Of a DNA stretch of 42,135 bases, positions 1 through 9,168 are shown one piece after another. Positions within the stretch are counted from its first letter, which is position 1. Each line of letters begins with the position of its first letter. The DNA comes from Gammaproteobacteria bacterium (GTDB lineage Bacteria > Pseudomonadota > Gammaproteobacteria > Nitrosococcales > Methylophagaceae): the NCBI GenBank assembly GCA_002402245.1, contig NVVP01000003.1, positions 1 through 42,135 on the forward strand, in the 5' to 3' direction. Made by a program: the position numbers and the translations under genes. Below the pieces are notes generated by a model. That model saw only the letters and a list, made by a program, of their open reading frames with translations, had not been told where the DNA came from and searched no databases.

Positions 1-592
1 CTCGGCCTGCACCGGCACCTAATACGGCAGAACCTGCCACTGCCCATCTTGCTTGCCGACCATACCGTGATTTAACACCCTCAATACGTGAACGGGCTAA
101 GCCTAGATTTTCTTGCTTGGAGCGTTGATTACGTAGCCGTGTTTTTTGTTTTTCAAGCTGCTTTAAATAACGGTTAAGGTTTTTAACTTCACCGCCATTT
201 TGCTTAAGTGCGTGTGATTCTTGTTGCAGTGCTCGGCGGTTTTCATTTAAACGTTGTTTTTGGTTGGTTAACTGCCGTTGCAGCTTAATCATTTCGCGGT
301 GTTTAGTTTTAAATCCTTTGCCTCCACTACCCAGTTTATCCAGCTGCTTTTGTAAGCTAGTCACTTTGCTTGTGGTGCCGACAATATCTTTTTGAGTTTG
401 ACGAAAAGAAGTAGCCAAGCCTTTAAACGCTGAACCTTGTTTACTTAGCTTATTGAGTTCGCCTATTTTTTTATTAATACCATTAATGCTTTTATCAAAG
501 CCCATGGCTTTTTTAGTGGCCTTAGCTGCATTACCACCGAACTTATCTGTTAACGACAGTATTACACCGAATTTAATTAGATCGTTGCTCAT
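1..592 (-). CDS. Tail tape measure protein, N-terminal part (P2 gpT position); continues past window start
   Basis: Own translation from ATG at 590-592: MSNDLIKFGVILSLTDKFGGNAAKATKKAMGF... I checked that no in-frame stop occurs down to position 1. Coiled-coil-rich (LQKQLDKL, LKQLEKQKTRLRNQ). Sits directly after E/E' as in P2. Missing from the ORF track because it is truncated. Confidence 0.75.
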   Translation of the reverse strand, partial: MSNDLIKFGVILSLTDKFGGNAAKATKKAMGFDKSINGINKKIGELNKLSKQGSAFKGLATSFRQTQKDIVGTTSKVTSLQKQLDKLGSGGKGFKTKHREMIKLQRQLTNQKQRLNENRRALQQESHALKQNGGEVKNLNRYLKQLEKQKTRLRNQRSKQENLGLARSRIEGVKSRYGRQARWAVAGSAVLGAGAGR

Positions 593-1100
593 GGGGCACC
601 TGTGGCTTGGTTATGACGGGTAACGGCTTTAGCGTGTTTGTTTAGCATTTGTTGCAATGTCAGCGCGCCAATGTCGGCGCGCGTCCATTTGTTAATAAAA
701 GCAAGATCGGCTTCAATATCATCTAAATCAATCTCGCTTAACTCGGCCAGCTGAGCCTGTCTATCGGTTTGATAGCTCAGATAACCAAGCTGGCTTACAT
801 AAAAGCTGCTAATGCCATGCTAAGAGGGATTAGATCGCTCATTTTCATAGAATCAAAATCAGATTCAAACAGTTCTTCATCTGCAATACGAGGGATCAAA
901 ACAGGTAATACAGCCACCTGATCTAAGTCACTGATGCTAAATTGTTCCAGCTGCTTATACACCGGCTCATTTAACGTTATTTTTACAATTGAGCTCACTC
1001 CATCACGTTTAATGGGTGAGTTTAAAATAACAATCACCTTGTCACCTTTTTTTTCAATACGATCTGGTGTTGCCTTTTGTTCTTCTTTTTTAGCTGCCAT
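589..1100 (-). CDS. Frameshift-extended tail chaperone (P2 gpE+E' analogue), -1 shift near 801-804
   Basis: The -1 frame is open from 819 down to a TGA at 589-591 that overlaps the tape-measure ATG (ATGA). The extension reads ...YVSQLGYLSYQTDRQAQLAELSEIDLDDIEADLAFINKWTRADIGALTLQQMLNKHAKAVTRHNQATGAP, which resembles the GpE family C-terminus. Confidence 0.6.
795..1100 (-). CDS. Tail assembly chaperone (P2 gpE analogue)
   Basis: 101-aa ORF between the tail tube and tape measure genes; size and position match gpE. A T4 slippery run lies two codons before its stop. Confidence 0.75.
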   Translation of the reverse strand: MAAKKEEQKATPDRIEKKGDKVIVILNSPIKRDGVSSIVKITLNEPVYKQLEQFSISDLDQVAVLPVLIPRIADEELFESDFDSMKMSDLIPLSMALAAFM

Positions 1101-1109
1101 GATGGCTCC

Positions 1110-1631
1110 TTAGTAGTCGTAACCCATGTTTTGACGGTGTACTTGCATCAAATCATTTTCACCCACACGGTGAATGAGTCGTAATGGTTGAATGTCATAG
1201 ATAACTTCATTGGCGATACGCAATAAATATTGCTCATCAATAGAAATCTTAATAGTGACATCGGCTTTCTCGCTTGATTTTTGTTCGCCTAAATCAATTG
1301 AGGTGATACGTCCACGCATCAGGGCATTTAACCCTGTTGGCGTATCGGAATCAGAGTTATCTAATGATGCCATCCAGCGAAAAGGCACGCGCTGACCCAC
1401 CGACACCCCTATTTTTGTTAGATAAACAGGGTTCAGTTTAGTTAGATGAATTTCAGCTTCAAGCTTATTAAAACCAAGGGCCACATCGGCTTCAAAGTTC
1501 ATGCCGCCGATTTGCATATCATCTGTTTTTTCTTCAATCGTAGGCAGAGTGATGCTAGTGACTTGGCCGTATAAATCTGTACTATTATCAATAGACAGCT
1601 CGCCGCCGCGATGTACGTGTTGCTTAGCCAT
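1110..1631 (-). CDS. Tail tube protein (P2 FII analogue)
   Basis: 173 aa, between sheath and gpE. C-terminal ...VHRQNMGYDY resembles the P2 FII end (...EQHRRNIGL). Confidence 0.85.
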   Translation of the reverse strand: MAKQHVHRGGELSIDNSTDLYGQVTSITLPTIEEKTDDMQIGGMNFEADVALGFNKLEAEIHLTKLNPVYLTKIGVSVGQRVPFRWMASLDNSDSDTPTGLNALMRGRITSIDLGEQKSSEKADVTIKISIDEQYLLRIANEVIYDIQPLRLIHRVGENDLMQVHRQNMGYDY

Positions 1632-1644
1632 AATGTGCTCCTAT

Positions 1645-2760
1645 TTAAGGTAATGCGTTAAGTAAATAGCTGCCTGTATTCACAGCGTAAAAGTGGGGCT
1701 GCTCAAGTGGAGGCGGCACGGTATAGTCATAATGCAGATGAAGCTGGCCATCACGTAATGTGGTGATGTCGTTATAGCCTTCAGCATAATAGGCTTTGCC
1801 GCCGAGCAGTTCTTCTCGCACTGTTTCTTGGTCCAGTACGCGTTGAACTTCATCAAGTAGCGTGGTGGTTAATGCAGGCACTAATTTGTTAGCCATCACT
1901 GCAAACTGAGCTTCTGAAATCGTTTCAAGCAATTGATCGCCTTTTCTTACTACCGATTCAAATGCGTATTCAGCTTCAGCAGACGTAGTACGACACCCCC
2001 AGAAACGCCAACCATCGCGTTTAATGATCGTGGTTATTTCATTTTCATTAAGGTAATTAGCTGTCGTGTTGGGGTCGGTAAAGTCCCAATCAACCGCATC
2101 CGTTACGCCGCTAATATTGGTTTGAATAGGCTGGTTAGATAAGCAGCGAGCAATGCCTTTATCTTGATCTGTTAAGGCGCGCAAGCCTAGTGCTGATGCA
2201 ACGGTACGAATACTTTGCTCGGCATGATCATCAAACGATGGATAAATAAGCATAAGACGTTTACTGCCAAAATTAGCACGATAAGCGACGGCTTCAGCGG
2301 CGGTATCAGCCAAGGCTAAACCATAATAAAACCCCCGTGTTTTATCCGCCATGCTGACCATTTCTTGTGCCAACGTTAAGGTTTCTAATCCCGGTGCACC
2401 TAAAATTCTAGGTTTAAAACCATATTGAGCCTGTGCTGCTTCAAGTGATCGAACACCTAATATTTTGTTGGCTTCCATTTCAGCATCATCAGCTGCGGTA
2501 GCTGGAATTGGCACCACTAAAATACGCGGTGCAATTTGATCATAAATAGAATCTAACGCAATTTTTAACGTGCCTTCTTCACCTGCTAATTCTCGACCTG
2601 TTGTACCGGTTAAGAATGTAGGTTTAAAGTACTCAAATGTATCTGAGTCTGCATCATCGCCCATGGTGGCAATCATGCCGATACTGGAAAAGTCAGCCCG
2701 ACGATAATAGACGGGGCCTTCTGTTAGTTCATGCTGTGTAATACCGTGGAAATAGGCCAT
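1645..2760 (-). CDS. Contractile tail sheath protein (P2 FI analogue)
   Basis: 371 aa, directly upstream of the tube gene; size and position typical of the P2 sheath. Confidence 0.9.
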   Translation of the reverse strand: MAYFHGITQHELTEGPVYYRRADFSSIGMIATMGDDADSDTFEYFKPTFLTGTTGRELAGEEGTLKIALDSIYDQIAPRILVVPIPATAADDAEMEANKILGVRSLEAAQAQYGFKPRILGAPGLETLTLAQEMVSMADKTRGFYYGLALADTAAEAVAYRANFGSKRLMLIYPSFDDHAEQSIRTVASALGLRALTDQDKGIARCLSNQPIQTNISGVTDAVDWDFTDPNTTANYLNENEITTIIKRDGWRFWGCRTTSAEAEYAFESVVRKGDQLLETISEAQFAVMANKLVPALTTTLLDEVQRVLDQETVREELLGGKAYYAEGYNDITTLRDGQLHLHYDYTVPPPLEQPHFYAVNTGSYLLNALP

Positions 2761-2792
2761 TTTAATAAATACTCCGTGGTTATAGGCTTAGG

Positions 2793-3353
2793 TTAAGATG
2801 CGTCAAAATTGACAGTGACAGCATCAATGTCGGCTTGGGTAGCGGTGTCAGGCAAGTCTCTTATTTGTGCTTTTGCTATCTCACCTAGTTGTAATGCAGC
2901 TAACTTATGAGTGATACCGTCTTTTCTGACTTGTTGAAGTTGGGCGGTTGTATGAAGTGGATTAATCCATGCCCTACCTTCATCAGAGCTACATTTAAAA
3001 GGCCAATCGTCACCAGATCCTGCTGTGCCGTCCAAATTTAATTGGTCTTCAATTTCAGATTGATATAAGCGAGGAGAACCCAATGCATCAGAATAAAACC
3101 CACCTGTTATCTGGTTTTTTACTGCCGTCTTAACTTCGGCTATTTTTATATGTTTAGCCGTAGATAAAACAAAAGCGGGTTGAAAATCAATTATCGATTT
3201 TAATTCAGCATCGTATGCTTTAGAGGTTTGATTTTGAGATAGCGTCAGCGCAATAGCATTACTCACCTCTATTGCATTAGCCGGAATAGAGTGAATATCT
3301 TTAAGCCACAAATGCTCAAAGGTACCGTTTTCTTTTAACGTTATAGTTTTCAT
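2793..3353 (-). CDS. Tail fibre assembly/chaperone protein (P2 gpG position)
   Basis: 186-aa ORF immediately downstream of the fibre gene (2-nt gap). Called from position and size only. Confidence 0.5.
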   Translation of the reverse strand: MKTITLKENGTFEHLWLKDIHSIPANAIEVSNAIALTLSQNQTSKAYDAELKSIIDFQPAFVLSTAKHIKIAEVKTAVKNQITGGFYSDALGSPRLYQSEIEDQLNLDGTAGSGDDWPFKCSSDEGRAWINPLHTTAQLQQVRKDGITHKLAALQLGEIAKAQIRDLPDTATQADIDAVTVNFDAS

Positions 3354-3354
3354 A

Positions 3355-4455
3355 TTAATAACCTATTGCAAAATAAACGGGTTTAATATTATGTGCTGAA
3401 TGATTAGGCGCTTCTTGTTTAACTGAAATAGTGCTGGTTGTTTTTGCAGTTAAAATCCAAAAAGCATCATCTGTTCCAGATGTTGATTCTGTGCTGACAA
3501 GGGTCGTTAAGTTCAGATTTGGGAAGGGGATAAGTAAAGTCATTGTTTGCACCGAGCCCGCACTTGTAAGTACGGTTCCTGAACCCCACTGGATAATTAA
3601 CCCTCCTAGCCAGCTTGGAAAAACGATAAAGCCATTGCCCGCCCCCCAAAAAGCGAAGCCTAACCTCATTTTTTTAGGGGTAATAAAGGCTGTATCATTA
3701 CTACCTGCTTCAGCTTCTGCTTGAGTAGCAATTCTCGCGATACCGGGCACGGTTGTGGATGCTGATTGCACCAGGTTAAGAATCGCTTGCTTTACTCGCA
3801 GGGCTGACCATGCCCGCACCGTGGAAGCGGTACCGGCTTGTGCCTCGGCTTGACTCACCGTATTGCTTTTCAATAAATATTGATTGTGAGGATTTGAAGT
3901 GCTGACGTGACTAGTTAACTGACTGCCTAAAACACTCAGTAGCTGACTAGGGGTAACAGCGGTATCGATTGATGGCGCGGCTAAATCATTCGCATCTGAA
4001 ATACGGATAACGCCTCGCTTTTCAGGTGTAGCAAGTGGAAAGTTAAACCCGCCTGTTCCGTTTATGGTGATACTGTCTTCGGGTAAGGATATTAAACTCA
4101 AATCGAAGGCGAGTAATAAATCAACCGCAGAAGATTTATACGCCAGTACTTTGTCTGATTTACTCCAAACTGCTAATAGGGTGCCATCGGACAGATAAAA
4201 CCCTATTTCTTTTACCCAATAATCCAGAGTGGTACTTTCTTCAATACCTGCGAGGTGAAATTGATTGGTACCGATAGTTTGTCCCTCAACTGATACTCTA
4301 TTAATTTCATTTTGAAGTTCAGTGGCAGTGTCATCAGGATCCCAAGCGCTATCACCTAGCGCTATTTCAGTTATTACACCTTGGAATCCATTTCCTCCAG
4401 CCAAAATAGCTGCAAGGCCGACGTTAGTGATGATTGGCACGAGTATGTCACTCAT
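3355..4455 (-). CDS. Tail fibre protein (P2 gpH position)
   Basis: The N-terminus MSDILVPIITNVGLAAILAGGNGFQGVITEIALGDSAW matches the conserved tail-collar fibre N-terminal domain as I recall it. The C-terminal part looks divergent, as expected for a receptor-binding region. Confidence 0.7.
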   Translation of the reverse strand: MSDILVPIITNVGLAAILAGGNGFQGVITEIALGDSAWDPDDTATELQNEINRVSVEGQTIGTNQFHLAGIEESTTLDYWVKEIGFYLSDGTLLAVWSKSDKVLAYKSSAVDLLLAFDLSLISLPEDSITINGTGGFNFPLATPEKRGVIRISDANDLAAPSIDTAVTPSQLLSVLGSQLTSHVSTSNPHNQYLLKSNTVSQAEAQAGTASTVRAWSALRVKQAILNLVQSASTTVPGIARIATQAEAEAGSNDTAFITPKKMRLGFAFWGAGNGFIVFPSWLGGLIIQWGSGTVLTSAGSVQTMTLLIPFPNLNLTTLVSTESTSGTDDAFWILTAKTTSTISVKQEAPNHSAHNIKPVYFAIGY

Positions 4456-5090
4456 TAAATAGCCTCCATTTGTATTTGAATAATTGTTAATGCACGGCTA
4501 AAACACGCTAGCCCCATAGTTTTATTGGTATGCGGTTGCTGCTTAGCGTTTGCAATGGTTTGACTTATCGCAGCCATTGAACTGATCGCCGCTATGCCGA
4601 TAGAACGTGTGAAAAAAATACCTATTTTTATGTCATATTCACTTCGTACCGGCTTTGCTCTATTCACTTTCCGTTTTATCAAGTTGTAGGTGCTTTCAGA
4701 AAGGATCGTGTCACTTAAATCTAGCGCTTTATTAACAACCGTTTCCAGTGAAAAATGATGGGGAACGCCATTTTCTTTCCAGCTTTCGCTTATAGAAAGC
4801 TGAACGCCTAATGGTTCCAGTGTTTTTTTAATTCCGTGAACCGTACCTCTAAATGCTTGAGCTTCGGGCGCGGCCTCAATCACATCTCGTTTTATTTGCT
4901 CACTCCAATCTGCCTGCCATTCATCAACACCGCGTTCCCACGCTAATAAAGTCAGCAGATAAGCAGGGCAGCGTTGTGGGTCTTTATACGTGGCAATTTC
5001 ATCAAAGCGATCAGAAGGCATGGCCGATAACACCGCTTGATGCATTACTTTTTCGTGAGCTGAGGCATTAGGTGGCAATAAATTAGTCAT
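4455..5090 (-). CDS. Baseplate/tail protein I (P2 gpI analogue)
   Basis: The LLPPNASAHEKVMHQAV motif is typical of tail protein I. I prefer the ATG at 5088-5090 (MTNLLPP...), which overlaps the gpJ stop by 8 nt (ATGACTAA), over the longer track ORF starting at 5147. Confidence 0.8.
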   Translation of the reverse strand: MTNLLPPNASAHEKVMHQAVLSAMPSDRFDEIATYKDPQRCPAYLLTLLAWERGVDEWQADWSEQIKRDVIEAAPEAQAFRGTVHGIKKTLEPLGVQLSISESWKENGVPHHFSLETVVNKALDLSDTILSESTYNLIKRKVNRAKPVRSEYDIKIGIFFTRSIGIAAISSMAAISQTIANAKQQPHTNKTMGLACFSRALTIIQIQMEAI

Positions 5091-6027
5091 TAACAATCCC
5101 TTGGCTAATCGTTGTCGCGGTACAAATAGCGACTGAGTCCCATGCAATTAATAGATCTTGCTCCCAACCTAATAATTCAACACTCTGCACACCCGCTACA
5201 TGCAGTGCTTTATCTAATCCTGACACGGCGATATCTAAACCAAGCCGCTTACGCTCTGCAACATAAATGTCGAGTGCAGCACTGGCCTCGTTAACTGATA
5301 TTTGATGATCAACACCGGGGTAAAAATTTAATATGGCCCCAACTTGATAATTAATAACAGTAGCGGCTTTAAGCGCTAAAAAATCAGTGAGTGGTCGCTG
5401 TTTATCAGCAGATAAATGGGTGTTAACCGTCGCTAATAAATCAGCATCAGCAATACCGCTTTCGTTATTAGCTAAAATAACGCCTAAGACGTGATCAGGC
5501 CGTGGGTTATCAAGCCCTAAATCATCAGTAACATCAAAATAAATACGATCGCCTTCTCGTCCCCATGCTTCAAAAGTGGGGGTTTTGAAATTAGCATCGA
5601 GTACCTCTGAGCTAGCGGCATAAGCATGATAACGGTACATTTCAAGTGCACCGGCTGTATTTCTGGCCTCCCAGCTTAGTGCCACACGATAACGAAAGCG
5701 TTCAAGCGCTTCATTTTCTTGCCGGTAAACTTGCATAGTCGCCCCGATGTGCTCTACTTCTGCTTCATCGGCATAGGCTAAAAAGCTATTTAATGCCATA
5801 GTGGCCGCGCGTAATTCTTGTTGCCAAATAACGTAAGCTTGAGCTTCAAATTGTTTAAGCTGGGGATCAGACTCGAGTAACGGATTAAATTCGTCCTCCG
5901 TTAGCTCATGATATTTATCGATGATTTGTTGAAGGATATCTTCAGGATCGCGTATAAAAGCAGCGTGTGGGGCAGGTAGTTCACTTAAAGGGAACGCAAC
6001 AGCCGGGCTTATTTGATTACTGGACAT
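5083..6027 (-). CDS. Baseplate assembly protein J
   Basis: 314 aa, between the W and I analogues; P2 synteny. Confidence 0.85.
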   Translation of the reverse strand: MSSNQISPAVAFPLSELPAPHAAFIRDPEDILQQIIDKYHELTEDEFNPLLESDPQLKQFEAQAYVIWQQELRAATMALNSFLAYADEAEVEHIGATMQVYRQENEALERFRYRVALSWEARNTAGALEMYRYHAYAASSEVLDANFKTPTFEAWGREGDRIYFDVTDDLGLDNPRPDHVLGVILANNESGIADADLLATVNTHLSADKQRPLTDFLALKAATVINYQVGAILNFYPGVDHQISVNEASAALDIYVAERKRLGLDIAVSGLDKALHVAGVQSVELLGWEQDLLIAWDSVAICTATTISQGIVND

Positions 6028-6361
6028 TAGCTACCCCGCTGGCAGTAAGATCTAACAATAAAGTGCCTTGATCAGTGGCTATAGTAATGTGTTGCTGGCC
6101 GTCACTCTGACCTTGAAATTTCACGCTTTTAATACTGTTAATTCTAGGTTCCCACTGGTGAACAGCGTGTGCTACTCCCGCTATAACACGCATAGCCGTG
6201 GTAGGCGTTTGAGCTTCATCAAGTAAGTCAGGAATGATCGAACCATAATCTCTACGCAACACCCGCGTACCGATCGGTGTGGTGATAATATCCAGCACAC
6301 TTTGCTGAATGTGCAGCTTGGCATTAATAGGCTGATAGTTTTTATTGCTAATACCTTGCAT
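6017..6361 (-). CDS. Baseplate assembly protein W (gp25-like)
   Basis: 114 aa. ...TPIGTRVLRRDYGS... is a GPW/gp25-type motif. Overlaps the J start. Confidence 0.85.
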   Translation of the reverse strand: MQGISNKNYQPINAKLHIQQSVLDIITTPIGTRVLRRDYGSIIPDLLDEAQTPTTAMRVIAGVAHAVHQWEPRINSIKSVKFQGQSDGQQHITIATDQGTLLLDLTASGVANVQ

Positions 6362-6363
6362 GG

Positions 6364-6948
6364 CTACACCTTGCTAGGCTTATTAGTGTTTACACCACCA
6401 CCGAAATGGTCGCCAGTGTTTTGTAGATGAGGATGATTTATGAAGCTAACACCATCGATATTCATATCGCCGTTATCGGCCTCAATACTGAGGGTGTCAG
6501 CCGTTAAGTTAAGGGTTGAGCTCGCCGCAATAGTGATGTTGTCAGCCGCCAAGTTAATGGTTTGTGCCGAAACCTTGACCGCGCCCACAGCTTGAACGTT
6601 TAAAACATGATCCTGCTTGTCATAGCTGACAACGGATCCATCTTCAAATTTATAGTTTTTAACGTCTTTGCTATTAGTGGGGTTCGGGTTTAACTTCGAG
6701 TTAATAGCACCAATGATGATGCCTTGTCGTAAATCACCACAAGGACAGACAATTAAAACTTGTTCACCTGGTTCATATAAATCACCGCTTTTATTGCTGC
6801 CAGCACGTGGCGCGGTCGCTACTAATTCAGTTGTGGATGCACCATCGATATCAACAATATACGTGCCAGTAGCTTCATTAACGCTGACGATATTGCCGAC
6901 CTCAATTAGTTGAGCAAGCTGCTGTTGAATTAGGGCGAGTTGTTTCAT
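6364..6948 (-). CDS. Baseplate spike/assembly protein V
   Basis: 194 aa, first gene of the V-W-J-I-H-G block, with a beta-rich C-terminus. Confidence 0.8.
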   Translation of the reverse strand: MKQLALIQQQLAQLIEVGNIVSVNEATGTYIVDIDGASTTELVATAPRAGSNKSGDLYEPGEQVLIVCPCGDLRQGIIIGAINSKLNPNPTNSKDVKNYKFEDGSVVSYDKQDHVLNVQAVGAVKVSAQTINLAADNITIAASSTLNLTADTLSIEADNGDMNIDGVSFINHPHLQNTGDHFGGGVNTNKPSKV

Positions 6949-6990
6949 GCTGCAATGCTTGCATTATTTACTTTTAAAGTCTTTACAGCA

Positions 6991-7018
6991 GACCGCGCTT
7001 AATTGATTAGGCGCGGTC
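6991..7018. promoter_or_regulatory. Dyad GACCGCGC-N12-GCGCGGTC in the S-V intergenic region; candidate late-activator site and/or terminator hairpin
   Basis: Perfect 8-bp arms with a 12-nt spacer containing the gpS stop codon. The core ACCGCGC-N12-GCGCGGT is identical to the dyad at 13165-13190. The last dyad base is exactly 43 nt from the gpV ATG. Confidence 0.5.
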
Positions 7019-7429
7019 TAGGTCTTCGACGAACTGTTTAGTGATATTTATAAGCTTATTTTTATCCTGACTAGTCACCCCAATAAGTGGCCGTGAGGTG
7101 TATTGGATTACTCGGTTGCCGACTTGTTGACGTTTACCATGATGGTGAATACTGGCAATGCGAGCAGTGTGGCCACTATAGCCAGCTGCAGCCATCGTAT
7201 CTGAGGTTCTAACCTTGAAATGCTTGTTGCTGCGTAGCTTGCGCATCATTGCCATGCTTGATTTATTACGGCGTGCGGTCCATCTATCACCTGATGGTGT
7301 TACCTGTTTTTTTATACGCGATTGGTTTTGCTGGCGAATAGTGTTTATTAACAGTTTAAGCAGTTGCGTGCGTTCTTTGGCCGTTAAACCTAATGGGATA
7401 TGCTCAGCCAAGCTCAGTGTTTGCGCCAC
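7007..7429 (-). CDS. Tail completion / virion morphogenesis protein (P2 gpS analogue)
   Basis: 140 aa, position after R and before V. Confidence 0.75.
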   Translation of the reverse strand: MAQTLSLAEHIPLGLTAKERTQLLKLLINTIRQQNQSRIKKQVTPSGDRWTARRNKSSMAMMRKLRSNKHFKVRTSDTMAAAGYSGHTARIASIHHHGKRQQVGNRVIQYTSRPLIGVTSQDKNKLINITKQFVEDLDRA

Positions 7430-7431
7430 GA

Positions 7432-7869
7432 TTAGTCGTCGTCACTGGCGGGGTGGGTAAACTCGATATCGTTAAGCACAATGCTATCAAAAGCGGGTGA
7501 TCCTGCGGTAAGTGAATCAGGCACTGGGCTAGCCATTGCTTTTTGTCCCATCTCGCCGACATTAACTTTATCTAACCAATCAAAGGTAAAATAATAATCA
7601 AAGGTATCATGGCTAATTCTTAATGCTTCAAATTTAATATCGTCACGCAAGGCATAACCTTGAGTTTCAGCCCATTTATAAATGAGTTGAGCATAGCCGC
7701 TAGCATCATCACTGCGTTCATTAAACGCCACTAAAAGAGTTAAAAATCCTGACGCTATATTACCTTCAACGTGATAACGCGAGTTAGGCAGTACATCAAC
7801 AATATAGTCATCGCGTTTTATTTTGGTATGTTCATCAATAAAATTTTGAATTGATTTAATGATTAACAT
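7432..7869 (-). CDS. Tail completion protein (P2 gpR analogue)
   Basis: 145 aa, between the lysis cassette and gpS. Confidence 0.7.
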   Translation of the reverse strand: MLIIKSIQNFIDEHTKIKRDDYIVDVLPNSRYHVEGNIASGFLTLLVAFNERSDDASGYAQLIYKWAETQGYALRDDIKFEALRISHDTFDYYFTFDWLDKVNVGEMGQKAMASPVPDSLTAGSPAFDSIVLNDIEFTHPASDDD

Positions 7870-8139
7870 TTAACGATTGCCTTCTTTGGTTTTAGCATCC
7901 AAAATCAACTGCACCAAGGCATTATTCCTGCTTCGGCAGCGTTGGTGTAAAGCTGTATTTTTAATCACTGTTGGAAAAAAAGTGTCTGCTGATGAGGCCA
8001 ACTCTAATGCTGAACATTTTTGCAGTAAATGATCTGGGATAACTTCAATCAGCTTGTCCGCTCGAACCTGCAATGTAGTTGTAGTCGAGCAGCCAGCCAG
8101 CATCAACACAGCTATGATCAATAGGGCTTTTAATTTCAT
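7870..8139 (-). CDS. Outer-membrane spanin lipoprotein (o-spanin, P2 LysC/Rz1-like)
   Basis: Signal peptide with a lipobox (MKLKALLIIAVLMLAGC). Its start is embedded in the 3' end of the i-spanin frame, the overlapped architecture seen in P2 lysB/lysC. Confidence 0.7.
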   Translation of the reverse strand: MKLKALLIIAVLMLAGCSTTTTLQVRADKLIEVIPDHLLQKCSALELASSADTFFPTVIKNTALHQRCRSRNNALVQLILDAKTKEGNR

Positions 8140-8391
8140 CGGTTAACACCTTATTTAATTTTTCATTAACGTCATGCTCAAATAATTGTGAGGCACTGCT
8201 TAGTTCAAACGCATGGCGGGCAGCACTATTAATGTATTGGGTTTCTTTTTGCTGGTATTGGGTTACAGCAGAATCAAATCCTGCCTGATATTTAGCTTCA
8301 CCATAATGGTGGATATAAAAATAGGTACCGGCTGTATGCTGGCGAGTAATAACAGGGCAATGGCTGGTTTAAGCAAGGCAATATTAAGCAT
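8045..8391 (-). pseudogene. Inner-membrane spanin (i-spanin, LysB/Rz-like) split by a 1-nt frameshift
   Basis: The ATG at 8389-8391 overlaps the endolysin stop by 8 nt and gives a TM-like N-terminus (MLNIALLKPAIALLLLASIQPV...) that stops at 8263. The periplasmic part (...GTYFYIHHYGEAKYQAGFDSAVTQYQQKETQYINSAARHAFEL...) is open in the -1 frame from 8368 to a TGA at 8045 and contains no Met. Confidence 0.55.
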
Positions 8392-8881
8392 GGTCAAATC
8401 CTCCTTCTATTCTGGCTGTGAACAGCGTGCCTTTGAATTGAGCCAGCTCACCGGCGCGACGAGAAATAATCCCGGCAGGTCTACGCCAGCGTTTAAATTC
8501 ATCGGCAGCTGCTGCGAAGCGACCTAGGTTTAATCGTCTAAGCAAGGTAGAACGGAAAAATGCCGAGCGGCCAATGTTGTAGCTAAAACTGACTAAAGCA
8601 TCGAACTGATGCGGTTTAAGTTTAATTTTGACATGAGTGTTAATGGTTTTTTCAAATTTAAGTAGATCTTGTTTAAATAAAAGGGTGACTTGATCAAATG
8701 TTAAGCCTTTACGCCACTTCACTTTTACACCGGCGATCTTAATGTGGCCGCTTAAATGTTCGGTGGCAGTAATTAAATGGCCTACGCCAATGGTGGGTAA
8801 GTGTTTGCTGTCAAAATACCATTTACGCCTTAGCCCTTCACGTCGTATTAATAAGTCAACGCCTTGCGCTGATGTCTTCAT
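8384..8881 (-). CDS. Endolysin, GH24 (T4-type) lysozyme
   Basis: Catalytic E-x8-D-x5-T triad in RREGLRRKWYFDSKHLPTIGVGH. Confidence 0.9.
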   Translation of the reverse strand: MKTSAQGVDLLIRREGLRRKWYFDSKHLPTIGVGHLITATEHLSGHIKIAGVKVKWRKGLTFDQVTLLFKQDLLKFEKTINTHVKIKLKPHQFDALVSFSYNIGRSAFFRSTLLRRLNLGRFAAAADEFKRWRRPAGIISRRAGELAQFKGTLFTARIEGGFDHA

Positions 8882-9168
8882 GATATTTTGCTCTCAAGGT
8901 ATTGCCTGATCAGCACACTGGCAGTTTCTGTCCCCAGCGTGCCTAATGCCGCTGAAATGGCAATAAGCACCAAGGCGTTAGGATCTGCCACAAATAAACA
9001 GGCCGCACCCGATACTAAGCCTAAAATGCTGTTGCTAATGGCGTAACCAATGGCTTGCTTTGCTGTTCTAGGCTCTGATGATGCCAAGGTTTTGCCAATG
9101 CTGGCTAAAAAAGCAACGCCTAAAAGGATCAGCGCCGTTTCGATAGTGTCAGGATCAATTTTTATCAT
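8878..9168 (-). CDS. Holin (probable)
   Basis: 96 aa with several hydrophobic helices, directly upstream of and overlapping the endolysin. Size similar to the P2 Y holin. Confidence 0.6.
   Translation of the reverse strand: MIKIDPDTIETALILLGVAFLASIGKTLASSEPRTAKQAIGYAISNSILGLVSGAACLFVADPNALVLIAISAALGTLGTETASVLIRQYLESKIS

Noticed and set aside
663-682. GC-rich palindrome GCGCGCC-N6-GGCGCGC inside the E' extension; considered as a frameshift-stimulating structure
   Set aside because: It lies about 120 nt downstream of the only possible slip window (798-819), too far for a stimulatory hairpin or pseudoknot. It is also within coding sequence.
8213-8527. 104-aa plus-strand ORF across the endolysin/spanin junction
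   Set aside because: It is antisense to the clearly recognisable GH24 lysozyme and spanin genes, so it is an ORF-track artefact.
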